DNA of 64,000 nt from Camelus ferus (Eukaryota): contig NC_045712.1 of the NCBI RefSeq assembly GCF_009834535.1, positions 43,400,001 to 43,464,000 of the forward strand. The letters are read 5' to 3'. Below the pieces are notes generated by a model. That model searched no databases, was not told the origin of the DNA, and worked only from the letters and a program-made list of their open reading frames with translations. The position numbers were made by a program, and so were the translations under genes. Shown piece after piece: positions 48,021 to 60,254 of this stretch; positions within the stretch are counted from its first letter, which is position 1, and every line of letters starts with the position of its first letter.

Positions 48021-49384
48021 AGAACCAAGGTGATTCCTTTTTAAAGTTCAAGGTGTAGGAGGTGCCACCTTTCTTGGAAGCAAGTCTTCTGTCACTCATT
48101 ATGTGTAATTTGCTTTCATTTTTCAGAGGAAGCATTCTTTAAACCATATCTTGACTTTTTCATTACCAGTAACTTCCATTTGCCTTCTTCAACTTCTGTT
48201 TTCCTAAAAACGAAGATAAATAGTGTCTGTTCCTGCAAGACATTTGATTGATGGTAACCTTCTGCACTAGGGCTGTCTAGAGGTCTGAGGCACCAAGCTC
48301 TGTAAACATGAGGGAATACAATGAATGCCACCCATGCCTTTAAACAAAAGTTATCATGCTGCCAAGTTCTGTGGAATTATATAATTATCAGTTTTGCTTT
48401 GTTAGATAATTGTGCTTTTTCAATGCTTTCCTGAAAATAGCTTTAAAAAAATCTACATTTTATACCTTCTCTGAAACGTAGGGATAATTTGAGGGGTTTT
48501 TTTGGTCTGATTTTCTTCTTCTAAAATACTGCAAGAAATGACATTCTTAACCATGAACCAGAACAAAGTTAGGGCATTTTTTTTCATACTTATTCTCTGA
48601 CACAGATGAGCCTGTTTCATTTCCCTGAGTCTCATGGTCTCCACCCACTCCCTGTGTAAGTGGGATGGTCTGAAGATTCATGGAACACTTGCAAAATTTT
48701 TGAAATTTCAAACTGGGAAGGTTCTATTCAAGTGTGAAAAACAAAGGCAGGGACTACATGCAAGACAGTGGATATCCAGACACAGCCACGGATGCCCTGC
48801 TTTCATACTGCAAAAATAGCTACGCTGCCGTTGTTTATTGTTTTTAACATGCTCATTTAGGAATTTATTCTGTTTTTAAATTTAGACCACTCATGGGGGT
48901 TTGGATCGCACCATTTACGAACTTTAGGTTCAAAAACCATCACAATTTTCAAATATTACAAAGCATAACATTGAAAAGTCGAGATTAATAGCAATAGTTT
49001 CAGATCATCTAGGAGAAGTTGGTTTGTTGGTTTGTTTTTCACCAGTATGCCTAGATCTGCCAGCTTGAATAGCAGGCCAGGCTAACTCTCTAGCTGTTTT
49101 CTTTCCTAACTCTCCACTTCTATTAAATCACAATTGTAGGCACTCAGAATACCAGTAGGTGTTTGATAGCTCTATTAGTTGCTCTGGATATTGGGCAATT
49201 TCATACTGAAGGCCACACGGCGAGTCCTCTAGGTTGACAGTTAGAGCCCCGGAGGGTAAATATTTGAGCCTAGAAGGGAGCACTACCTGCATTCCTGTTC
49301 TGCACTTGGTTGACTTGGTCCAGGAAGGAATTTCTTCATGGTCTGATGCAGTGTTTGAATGTGGCTTTTAAACATGCTCAATAA

Positions 49385-49560
49385 TTTTATTTATTTATTT
49401 GTCTGTTTGTTTATATTGAAGTATAATTGATTTATAAGGTTGTGTTAGTTTCAGGTATACAGCAGAGTGATTCAGTTACACACACACACACACATTCTTT
49501 TTCAGATTCTTTTCCATTATAGGTTACTACAAGATATTCAATATCAGTAATATGATATGG
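49385..49560 (-). mobile_element. L1 3'-end fragment with (CA)n
   Basis: attgaagtataattgattta...tcaggtatacagcagagtgattcagttacacaca. Confidence 0.8.
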
Positions 49561-50794
49561 ATTTCTTTCTCTGAAGAGTGAAGAAAGTGTTGGGAAAAAA
49601 GTCCTTCTCAGTGAGAGAGTCATTTATACCCCAGCTCAATCTCCCTGTGAAATTCTGTTAGGCTATTTATTTATTTTTGATATTTACAACTGTGATATAT
49701 TAGCTTTGCAGTTATAAGCTCAACCATCTCTAAGATACTGAACGTGTCATTGACACTTGCCACTGGGAATCATAAAAGAGGTCTTTTATTACATTATCAG
49801 TGACATGAAGAAACCATTTTTATAATCTCATCCTTATCTCTGTAATTTAACATAAGCACATTTCTTCTGAACTGCAGTCATACTTGAGTGGGATTCATAC
49901 AGATCATGCGAAACAGAAGTCTCTTATTGCCTGTTTCTTCCTGCAGCGCGCTGAGAGGGCTTAGTCACTTTGATTTGATCATGTTTGTGATTTTTCACTG
50001 GACCTCCCTGACATGGCCCCACGACCAGAGGGCATGCTGTTGGCCACTGCCTCTCCTCTGCCAGCAGAGCTGTGTGTAGGTTAGCCTTCAGGAACTGGCT
50101 TTGAACTGTGCAGAAATAATCTCTTTTGTGTCATGAGTGGCTGATGCTCTGTCAGCCCCAACCCAACACTTGTTTTCTGGTTTACAACACAGGTGCCCCC
50201 AAATCTCTCCTCCTGGTCCCTGAATGTCATTGAGCGCTACTCTCTCATGTACGTGCTATGCCTGTATCAAGGGTTAGATTATATTTTGCAGTGTTGTGTC
50301 CCAATTTAGGCTGAAGTAACCTCTACCATACAGACACACACACACATACAAGGTTACTCTTTCCTCTTGTATATCCCACTGATTTTACGTGACTTCCTAT
50401 ATTGTTATTTGGTAAGGACTTTTGCCAATAACCCTTTCCCTCTAGGGCATAACTTTGTCCTGGCTGTTGTGGCTGGTTTTCCCAGATGCTTACCCCTGTT
50501 TTTGCTGGAAGGAGTGCAAATTGGACTGATACACCAGAGTCGTAGTCTTTTTTTCAGCCATGTATTGGTAACTTGTCAGTTTGATGCTGGATCATGTGAC
50601 TTATTCTGGGGGCAGTGGGGAGAATTTGGCTTACCTGTAACTGTGGTCCTGTCACTCTGCTTAGTTTGAGAATAATGAATGTGTAGATGACTTCTTACCG
50701 TCTGTGTGACAGCTCTTGAGCATTGGGGTTCAGTAGATTGCTGATTCAGTGATGGTCAGATTTCACATCGTCATTGCTTTGATTGTCCTACTTG

Positions 50795-50875
50795 CTTTTT
50801 TATTTTTTTAAATGGAAGTACTGGGGATTGCACATGCTAAGCTTGTGCTGTACCAATGTGCTATATGCACCCCCA
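50795..50875 (-). mobile_element. Degenerate, internally deleted camelid SINE
   Basis: atggaagtactggggattg...catgctaagc...ctgtaccaatgtgctata; B-box region missing. Confidence 0.65.
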
Positions 50876-52252
50876 ACTTGCTTATTTGCAAACAAACAAA
50901 ACCTTTCTGACTGTGAAATCACATATCAGTCCTAGCATCATTCACTTGTCCCAGCACAGACAGATTTACATTTGATGCTTCTACTGGAATCTTCACTGTT
51001 TACATTTAAAACATTATTTAGAGTTGCAGTGTTCATAATACTATTTTCTTTACCACTTTTTGGCTTCTATGAAAGACTTCATTCAGCTATGAAGATTCAG
51101 TGGAAAGAAAGAATATTATCATCCCTTAAGTAAGCAGAGCTGCTGTTGGAAATTTAAGATGCTCTATCAAGATTGCAGGATGAACTTCCAATTCTTTATG
51201 CATGAGACACACAAAAAATTGCCCAAGACCATATTGAAAAAATGACACCCAAGTTAGAGGCTGTGACATAGTGAGCCATCACAGTCTGGTTGGTTCCATT
51301 CCAACAGGACACCAGAATTACATCTGCTATGGAGGTTAATGGAAATTCATAGGTATTTTAGATATTTAAAAAACTGAATTTGTTTGAGAAATTGCTTTAA
51401 TTCAGGAGCCAGGCAACTTCTCTGATATGATGTCAGCAGCCTAGATACTTTGCTTATATTTCAGGGTCACAATCGAATTCTTCAATACTACATCTTTTAG
51501 GAAAACATAATCATGGAACTGTCTTTCATAAGGATATAGTTACTCTTCATTTTAGATTAAATTATAGATTGAGGGGATTCTGAGGTGGGGGGGTCACATC
51601 AATCTTACTTGAAATATATGTTACCTTAGTGTCCATCCCTCGTTGTTGTTTATGGTCTTTGTGTCCTCAGTGTCTGGCATAGTTACTGAACATAGCAGAT
51701 ACTCCCAGTGTGCTCAGCGATTATTCAGTGGATGGATGCACTGATTGGGCAGCAAGGCATGGTGGGTGGAGCATCACACACCTGGATTCCAGTTCTGCTT
51801 CTGCAGCTTCCTGGGTGTTGTGTAAGCTGGGATGAGCTTCTCAAGCTCTCTAATTCTCAGCTTTCTCAAGTGTTTAAAACTAGAGACAGCCTCAGAAGAA
51901 TGGCAAGAATGACCCTATCTCACAGAGTTATGAATTTTAAGAGCCATCTCCCTTTGTGGAAGGTCATGATAAATAGCTCAGAAATGTTCATCCTTCCTCT
52001 CGTCTGGGGCTTCTCCACTCGATAGAGAGTTTGAGAGTGTTCAGCGAGGGAGCTACATCTACGAATGGGTTGGACACTGAAAGGGTGAGATTAAATCAAA
52101 ATGACTGTTTTGAGCCAAAGAATAAGAAACTTTAATTTTTTTTCCAGAAAAATTTTCATCATTTTTCAACATGAAAAGAAGTAAAACTTTTGGTGGCTTG
52201 CTCTTTTCCTTCTCACCCAAAGACAGAACACAGAAATGTACTGACACTACAG

Positions 52253-52458
52253 CAGGGTCTGCAAACTTTTTCTGTCAAGGGCCAAATCATAAATATTTTT
52301 GGCTTTGTGGGCCACATGGTCTCTGTCACAGCCGTTGAGAGGCAGCACAGACAACATGTATATGAATAGGCATGGCTGTATTCCAGTTGAACTTTACTTA
52401 CACAGATTGGCAATGAGCCAGATTTGGCTGTGATGTTCATATAGTTTGCAGACCTCTG
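52253..52458. mobile_element. MER58A hAT MITE, full length
   Basis: TIRs cagggtctgcaaact / agtttgcagacctctg; aagggccaaatcataaatatttttggctttgtgggcca. Confidence 0.85.
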
Positions 52459-54063
52459 CCCAAGAGCAGCAGTTTTCAGCTAAATATGAGAATCAGAAAA
52501 CATCTATCCACTTTTCTCTCAGTTTATCTTCGAGGATAATATCCATATCCAAGGTGACCTTCTATCCCTTATGTGACATTAAGATGAACAGGAAGACTTT
52601 ATTCGAGGCCAGCTGAATCACTGGTAAATTTATTTCAAAATTTTATGTAAGCGAATTTGAGCCCCTAACTTAGCAATTGTTTTTATAACATTCTCAGTTT
52701 CAGTGTGTCCCACATAGGCATGAACCATATATTATAATTTGCAAATATGTCTGTGCACATTATGTATGTCTCTAACTTTGGGTGCTTACATGTCTTATTC
52801 TGGAAGCTTGGGACTAGATACCATTTACTTACTCTCTCTTCTTTTTTTTGAAGGGCAAGTTTGGTAATTCAATAGAGATCACACATATTTTTGTACTGTA
52901 GTCTAGCTTTTTCAGACTTAAACCCAGTTCAGTTTTCTAGCTTTTATACCTAATTATAGCCAGTGTTTTGAGAAATGCTGATCAATTTCTAAGAGTAGTG
53001 GAGTGTCCTACGATACTTGAAATCTTGCCCTGATTCTGCTACTCTACTGTAAGGGCTGGAGAATATTTTTGACTTTCCTTTTATTACCATTCCACACTGG
53101 AAGATCAATTAGTAGTTTTGCCAGTGCGTTTGTTTTTATTGCTGTAATACAGAAATAATTATCTGCGTCTTGCTTTTACAGCTCTGAGTGCCATATTCTT
53201 GGGCATCAGGAGGGCCCAGATGGCAACTTTAGCAGACATTGGAAATAAACTGGCTCATTTAAAAGCAGGAGATTGCATCTAGGAAAAGTGGTATCATGTT
53301 TTAGATATATTCCTGAAATCATGTCTACACACAGCTGACACACAGTTATCTGAACCAGAGTGAGAAGAGAGATTATATGCATCAATGTCCTCCACAGGAA
53401 ATCCTGCATTTTGTCTTAGGCACTAGTTTTGACTTCTTCTTTTCTGATATACAAAGTCTACTAGAGTGGACTTGGGTCTAACGTGATGAGTTAGCTGAAG
53501 CAGACTGAGGCATTTTGACTGACCTCAAGGTAGACAGTAATCACTGGCTGAAGGGCAAATGCCACTGGCTGGGTCAGCTGTTAGTACTGGAAGGAGATCG
53601 GATTGAGAGTGATGCTGAGATTTCAAACACCTTTCTTTCCTACCTTCCTGCTGGTGGGGAGGGCAGAACAGTTAGGACTTGAATCCTGAGTTGGCAGTTT
53701 ACTTACTGTGAGGAGGTGATGCTTGAGTCAGGGCTGCACAGGGCAGATGGAGCAATGAATGGAAAGAGATGGTGGCCAAGACAAAGCAAGGAATTTGCAC
53801 GAGCTGAAGTCCGGTGTTCCACAGCAGGGATGGCAGGAGATAAGGGTTGAGAGGCAAACAGTGAAAACGAGCCCCCCTGAAATGGAGTTCCCCTGCCGAG
53901 TTCAGGATTAACCTCTCTGTCCAAAGCTTTATTCCCTTTCTTGTCCCACCCCCGTTCCCCTCAGGATTGAGGACAATCAGAGAAAAGGAGGGCTTAAAAC
54001 TGAGCAGGACCCTGTAGTGATTTTCCGAATACAAAAGCCCCTCTGTGTTCCCTGTCTATAGTT

Positions 54064-54644
54064 TGTAGAAAAAAGGCTTTAGTCCCCTAGGCTTTCCCTG
54101 AGTTCCAAAGAGGAGACTCAAGCAATTATTAATTAAGGATATGAGGGAATGCAGAAACAAAGGAAAAGCAGTCAAGCAAGAAAAGTAATGATAGCTTAAA
54201 CAATGGTTGGGTGATCAAACAGCCCTAGTTCCTCCTCAAGGGGTATAGACAACAATCTGATGCATATCTTTGAGTAATTTTGCAGACACTAAGTCCCTTA
54301 TCCAGATGGAGGATGGTCACTTCATGCTGACCACAAGCACATAGACCCCAGACCGGTTGGAACCAGAGAGTTGACGATTAAGATTCCTGAAACATCACCC
54401 TTGTTACCTCACCACCAACCAATCAGAAAAGAGTCCATGAGCTACAACTCTCACCCTAACAGTTGCCTTTAAAAACTCTTCCCTGAAAATCCTCAGGGAG
54501 TTGAGGTCTTTTGATCACGAGCTGCCCATTCTCCTTGCTTGGTGTCCTGCAATACACATGACTTCCCTTCACCACAAGTCAGTGTCAGTAGATTGACTTC
54601 ACTGCATGGTGGGGGCTAGCGGACGCCAGTTTGGTTCGGTAACA
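54064..54644 (+). mobile_element. ERV1-type solo LTR (581 bp)
   Basis: Starts TG, ends gtttggttcggtaaCA; CCAAT (accaatcag about 54417), TATA-like tttaaaaac, AATACA polyA-like signal in U3-R-U5 order; TSD not evident. Confidence 0.7.
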
Positions 54645-55094
54645 AAGGGAGGCTAGGAAATCTATTTATTCCAGGTTGCAGTGTGCTCAGCTAGAAACTG
54701 GGGTCTGTTACTAGGTCAGAAAGAGAGAACAGGTATTTAGGAGGCAATTAGCCATGTCTTCCACCAGGTTCAACAGAGTACATCATGTTTTTCCCTCACT
54801 GTTGGGAGGTACTCTGATAACTTGAGTTAAGGTGTTCATTGTATTTGTTTAATGTGTATATCTAATTAACATATACATGATTATCTAGCCAGTAATTAGA
54901 CACTACTGGACTGCTGCTTTTACAAGAAAGAAAATACAAGTCATTTGAATTCTCTTCCACAAAAATTAAACCCTTTTCTAATAATCAGTTTAAAAAACTG
55001 TTGTCTGCTTCTACAGGATACGCCCAGGAAGAATGGCTACAAAGGCTTCTAAAAAGGAAATATTTAAGTAGCTGAGGGGTACCTAACCTCCAAG

Positions 55095-55320
55095 AGAAAT
55101 TTCCAGGTAGTTTCTTCCCTCAGGCTTTTGCTCAAATGTCACCTTGTCAGCAAGGCCTTTCCTGACTACCCGACTTAAAATAACAGCAGTCCCCCCTCCC
55201 CACACCCCTCTGCTTGCTTCATTTTCTCTGCACCATTTATCACCATGCTTGCTTGCTTGCTTATACAAGGGGAGTGACTTGGAGGCAGGTGGTTTGTGAT
55301 TTTGTTCACTATTGGTGAAC
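55095..55320. mobile_element. L2 3' fragment
   Basis: gctcaaatgtcaccttgtcagcaaggcctttcctgactaccc...ttttgttcactattg. Confidence 0.6.
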
Positions 55321-55764
55321 TGGATTGCTGAAAACGGTCCTTGGTGGTCTTTGGGTTGTCTGACCATTAAACCAGCTGGAAGCAGAAGATCCTTTTTACA
55401 CAATGGCTTCATGAGGCTGTTGTAGCCATTTTGTGACCCTGAGGCAACAGTCTCTGAGTTTGAGGAGAAAAGGCAATATGTTAAAGGTGGCCATGTGGAA
55501 GGCTGGAAAAAGATCTGGTCCTAAGGCCACCCCCGAGAAGCCAGACAGCTTTCTTCTAAACTTCTCGTTATGTATGAGAAAGAGAAAGACAGACCCTGAC
55601 ATCTGGGAACAGGCCTGGTGCTACAAGCTCAGCTTTGGTGTTCTGCTGGACATGAAAAATTTCACAGAACACCACCATCAGACAGGGCCACCTTGTGACC
55701 TGATGGATCAAGGCAAAATAAAGACCCCTCCTGTAAACTTGTCAGTGGCCACGTGGAGAGGTGG

Positions 55765-56250
55765 GTGACGGGGAGGAAGAAACTTTCCTCAGTTCTTCAT
55801 GTTCCTCTGGCTGGTCTGAGAATTAAATTGACACGAGGAGATTAACAGGAGTAAAGAAAACAAGTTTAATAACATGATTACATGAGAGAGACCCAGAGAA
55901 ACAGTAACGTTCCAAATGGCTGAAGCCCTCATCTTAAATGTCATCCTCAGCTAAAGACAAAGAGGGTGTTGAGGTTACCAGGAAAAGCACAGTAAACAAG
56001 GGTAGGTTTGTGATGCAGACTTGTGGTTGCCTTCTCCGTTGATAAGAATTTCTAGCGATTTGGTCCTTCTCTTCCAGGTACTGTCAGGGAGATACCTAAT
56101 AAACGGAGATTTCTTTTACAAATGTAAATGATTCTTACGAAAGGGTAACTCCTACTTGCTTTCAGAGTTTTTTCCATGTCTGCAGCTTCTTAGAAAATAA
56201 CCAGCTAAAAATAATATTCCAAAGAGACACGGTTTGGGGGGCCACTATTT
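55765..56250. mobile_element. ERV1 LTR (MER34/LTR39-like), directly upstream of the DCLK3 CpG island
   Basis: gaaaataaccagctaaaaataatattccaaagagacacggtttgggggg; cagctaaagacaaagagg. Confidence 0.55.
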
Positions 56251-56499
56251 GAGAATATGGGATTGTGACTGCAGACATGGAGTGGGGGAGGTCTGCAAGT
56301 ACAAGGATTAGGCGTGTGGTGTGCTTGGGAAGTGTGTAACAATGCAAAGGGCATGGAGCAGCGTTTAGGTATCACCAGGAAGACACGAGGCTGGAGGGAC
56401 GTTTGTCTTTGAGGTCATAGGTGTGGACAGAGTGTGAGCAGGTCTCTGAATCTGGGCTGAGGGGGACAGCAAATAGGATACAGGGCATCTGCGAGACCC

Positions 56500-57550
56500 T
56501 GAGTCAGTGCGTGAGAGTAGTGGGAATCGGGTAGGAGGAATAGAGCGGTGCGGGATGTCTTATTTCTGAACTGCCCGGAACTGCGAGGATTGCTGAGGTC
56601 CCTGGGACGCCTTTGGTCAGCCACCCACAGAGAACGTGGGCGAGGCTCAGGTTCAAAGCCCTACCGTGCCTGGCTCCACGGCGCGCCAGGCGGGGAAGCA
56701 GCGCGGAAAGGCTGGACCCGGTGGGTCGGGGAGAGGCGAGGCTGCAGAGGGGTTCCCGAGGGCCACCTCGGGCGCTCAGTGTCGAAGAAGAGGGTGTGGG
56801 CTCAAGTTCAAAGCCCGCCCCGCCCGCAGGGCCCAGCGCTGAGCGCACGGCGGGGCGGGCGTGGGGAGCGAGGCGGCGGGCGCGCGGTTGCTAAGCCGGG
56901 CGCCCCCGGAGACGTTGCCGGTGGCTGTCGCTGGGCGCGGCACAGGGCGGGCGGCGGGAGGGGACAAGGAGAGAGGGCGGCGCGGAATCGTCGCCGTTCG
57001 CGCCGCGCCCGCCCCGCCGTCGAGCTGCGGCCCCGCGCTCCCGCCTGGCGCCCGGCGTCCCGCGCCCCGGCCTCCGCGCCATGCCCGCCGCCGCGCCTGC
57101 CCCGAGCCCGCCGCCGCCCCCCCCAGCCCGGCCCGCCCCTGGCTGTCCGGCTCGGCCAACCCCGGGTAAGTGCCCTGCTCTCCGGCGTCCACCAGGTCCC
57201 GGCTGCCGCCGGGGTCGGGGGTCTGGGGGCGGGATGGGGTGGGAAGCCGTTCTGTCGCCCGGCCTCGAGACCCCGCTGGGTGCGCGGTGGGATGCGCAGT
57301 GCCAGCCCCGCGGTGGTGCCCGGAGCGCGTTGTGTGTGCGCGGGTGTGTGTGTACGCGCGCTCGCGCTCGCGTGTGCGTTCACACCAGCTGAAACGCGGG
57401 GTTAACGCTGTCCGAAGCTGGGTTCCTCTCCCTCACTGACCCCCCCGGGCCTGCCTGGGAAACACGTGGGCGTCCTGCCAAATGCAGTGGGGCTTCGGGA
57501 GAGGGAAGGCGCCCGCGAGGCAGCCGGCGTTTATTGAGGATGTCAACGTT
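56500..57550. promoter_or_regulatory. CpG island / promoter of DCLK3
   Basis: Very high GC and CpG density, many GGGCGG/CCGCCC boxes, surrounds an ATG exon with a strong donor. Confidence 0.9.
57081..57165 (+). CDS. DCLK3: First coding exon (85 nt, phase 1) of doublecortin-like kinase 3 long isoform: MPAAAPAPSPPPPPPARPAPGCPARPTP(G)
   Basis: Kozak gcgccATGc, donor CCGG|gtaagt. Pro-rich MPAA..PPPP..ARPAP start resembles mammalian DCLK3 long-isoform N-termini, and DCLK3 lies downstream of TRANK1 on the same strand (from memory). Later exons not seen in the window. Confidence 0.82.
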
Positions 57551-57569
57551 TCAGGTGCTTTGCCTAGAG

Positions 57570-57725
57570 TTGACCTCATTTCGTCCTGTCTACAGACCTG
57601 TCAGGAAGGTTGAGTTATCCCCATTTATCAGATGAGAAAACAGAGGTCCCAGAACTCATGGCTTGCCCGAGGTCCCATGGCTTGATACCGGTGAAGCTGG
57701 GATTTGAACCCAGGTGTCCACAGCT
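57570..57725 (-). mobile_element. MIR SINE
   Basis: tatccccatttatcagatgagaaaacagagg...gcttgcccgaggtccc...gggatttgaacccagg. Confidence 0.75.
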
Positions 57726-58059
57726 CTCTGACCCAGCTAAAGGAAAGGAAGCTGTCCCTAGAACTAGATAAAGAAACATATAAAAGAACTAAAGACTATC
57801 GGGAAAAAGGCTAAAACATTTGGGAATTAATAGAAAAAAAAAAAAGAGTTTGTAAACTATCCCATCAACTAGGACTGCACTTAAGTGCTTTCCGTTTCTG
57901 GCTCTGGGGGCGAGGTGCTGTGAGGTGGGGAGGAGACTGTCCCAGTGCTGGGTGGAGGCATCTGGGGACACCTTTTCTGAGTAGCCACCTGCTGGGAGGG
58001 GAGGATGAGAAGTTGAGGAGAGAACTCAGTTGTGATTTATCCCCAACAGTTAATCATCC

Positions 58060-58170
58060 CTCCATCTTACCCCTCTCCCTCTTCATTCCCTTTCCTTTCC
58101 TCCTCTCCTTTCCCTCTCCTCCTTTCCCTTCTCCTCCCCTCCCCTCTCCTCCCCTTTCCTCTCCTCCCCT
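58060..58170. repeat. Pyrimidine-rich (CCTCT/CCTTT)n tract
   Basis: About 110 nt almost entirely C/T. Confidence 0.85.
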
Positions 58171-58504
58171 TGATGTATTGTCCAAGATAACAACTGTCAG
58201 GTTGAAGCTGGGTCCTACCTTTCTGATTGTCTTGGCATTAGGTGCCTTGATGATTGTGTTAGGAGCTGTCAAGTTAGTCACTGCTTACAGAGGTGGTCAA
58301 CTGGGCTAGTATTGAGCTACCAATCACCAGCACAATGAATGGGGCATCTGGAATAGTGGCCAAGCATTGTACTCATCCCTAAGGGACAAGGTAACAAGAA
58401 GCTAGGACCCCAGGAGGCAAAAAAAAAAAAAAAAAAAGAGGAAAAGAATGTTGTGTTTGCCTGGCAGCCCAACTTCAGAAAAGCATTTCAATTTAATATT
58501 AGGT

Positions 58505-58650
58505 GGGGAGGTATAGCTCAGTGGTAGAGTGCATACTTAGCATGCACAAGGTTGTGGGTTCAATCCCCAGCACCTCCACTGAAAAAATACCAAATAAATA
58601 AACAGATGAATAAACCTAATTACCTTTCCCCCCAAAAAACAAAACAAAAC
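58505..58650 (+). mobile_element. Camelid tRNA-derived SINE
   Basis: ggggaggtatagctcagtggtagagtgcatacttagcatgcac...ggttcaatccccagcacctcc; aaacctaattacc tail. Confidence 0.9.
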
Positions 58651-60254
58651 AATCTAACATGAGATTGCTTTGGGTGGTGCCAACAAATGCTTCACTGGAG
58701 AAAGAACAGAGGCTAAACATGGTTTCTGAAAGATGCTCTGTAACTCATTCCATCAAGGTTTGAAAGGGCTTTGAACTGTGTACTTTTATGATGAGCTAAA
58801 AAAATGTGAGAAGGGAAAGAGTCCCTGCATGCAAACCCCGTGAGGTCTCAGAATGTGGGAGGCAGAGTCAGCGTTATCATGACCAGGCTTTTGGGAGAAA
58901 GGACTACTGGACTCTGGACTGTCACAGGTGCTTCAGTGCTACACCGTGTCCCCTCGGAGGTCTTTGCCCTCTTCGTGCACACTGGTGCCCTGGGTGCTTT
59001 CACTCCCGACTGCCAGCCCCTCCTGTCTGTTGGAGGAGGACCCTGGGCCTGCTGGAGTCGGCTTGGTCTGTAGGAGCTGAGAACAGGGAGTGTCTGGAAG
59101 TTGCCATCTCCCTGGGGGCAGCCCCTAACCAGTGGTTGATTGATGCCAGCATGTAAATCGTCCCGCTCCCTTGTCCTTGACTGGGACACATTTTGTCTCC
59201 AGAAATCCACTGTGGAGTGGTGTCACACTGGCTTCCATGGGTCTTTGCTGGGCTTGCTTCTCTTTTTGGCCTGACGACTTCACTCAGCAGGCAGTTTTTT
59301 CCTGGGAATACTTCCTAATAAAACACTTTCCTAGGAATTCCTTTCTTAGGGTCTGATTCTTGGGGACCCAACAAACACACCAACCCTTTCTCACACTTAA
59401 CATTTCTTTCCTCCCATGATATCCAAGAAGGGCTGTGCCATTGGTACCCGGCTGCCTGTGCGAGCCTGCAGAGAGCCTTGGTGTGAATTCGCACACGGTG
59501 CCTCCTGGCAGATGGAGTCCCGTGCCCAGGCACAGGCTTAGCAAGCAGGGGTTCAGTGTCCATCAGTCCCATCTGGGTGCCTCCGGCAGTGCACACTTGT
59601 GCTGAATGGGTGGCACGGTGCATGGGCGTAGTACTCAGAAAAACAAAACAAAATGAAGAGTTGCTGCATTGTCCCAAGATCTCACTCTTGGCTTCTCTCA
59701 TCCCTCTTTTAACCAGTTCAAGGGAAATTTCCCTCCCATGTCTTCTGAAGTATTCGAATATTGCAGGCAGATGTGTTGCTTTTCTCTGGTTACATGTGGA
59801 GTTGGTTAAATGTCTTAGCCTCTCTCTAAAGCCAGTAAAGAGAAGGAAAGGGCTTTCTTGGCCAGTGGAACCACAATACCACAGGTACTACTGGGCCAGG
59901 GAGGGTGGGGGCCGTCTCTGCCAGCCTGACCTCCCAGGGGGCCTCTGCCCTGACAGGGAGGTCATTGTGAGGGGCTTGGATGGGCTGCGTTAGTCGGAGG
60001 CTCTTGCCTGATGATGTTTCCTTTTCTTGCATCCAGGGGGCCATTGTATCTGATACCCAGAGTTCCTCACCGTTTCATTTGGTGACCTCATGTTTCTATC
60101 TAAATTTGGCCCATCTGGTGGTAAAACAGAGCCCCTTTTGAAGATGAGTATGCGGGAGAGTTCTTTGGAAAGGATATTTTTAACTGTCTGGTAATGTAGG
60201 TCAAAAGAGGGAGAATGGAAGGGTGGAGCAGAGGACATCTGTCCTGGGAGTCAG

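Noticed and set aside
56548-57439. Long ORFs on both strands in the CpG island (e.g. 56548..57405, 285 aa)
   Set aside because: Low-complexity Arg/Gly/Pro/Ala products expected in GC-rich, stop-poor DNA; only the 85-nt ATG exon has a splice donor and recognisable homology.
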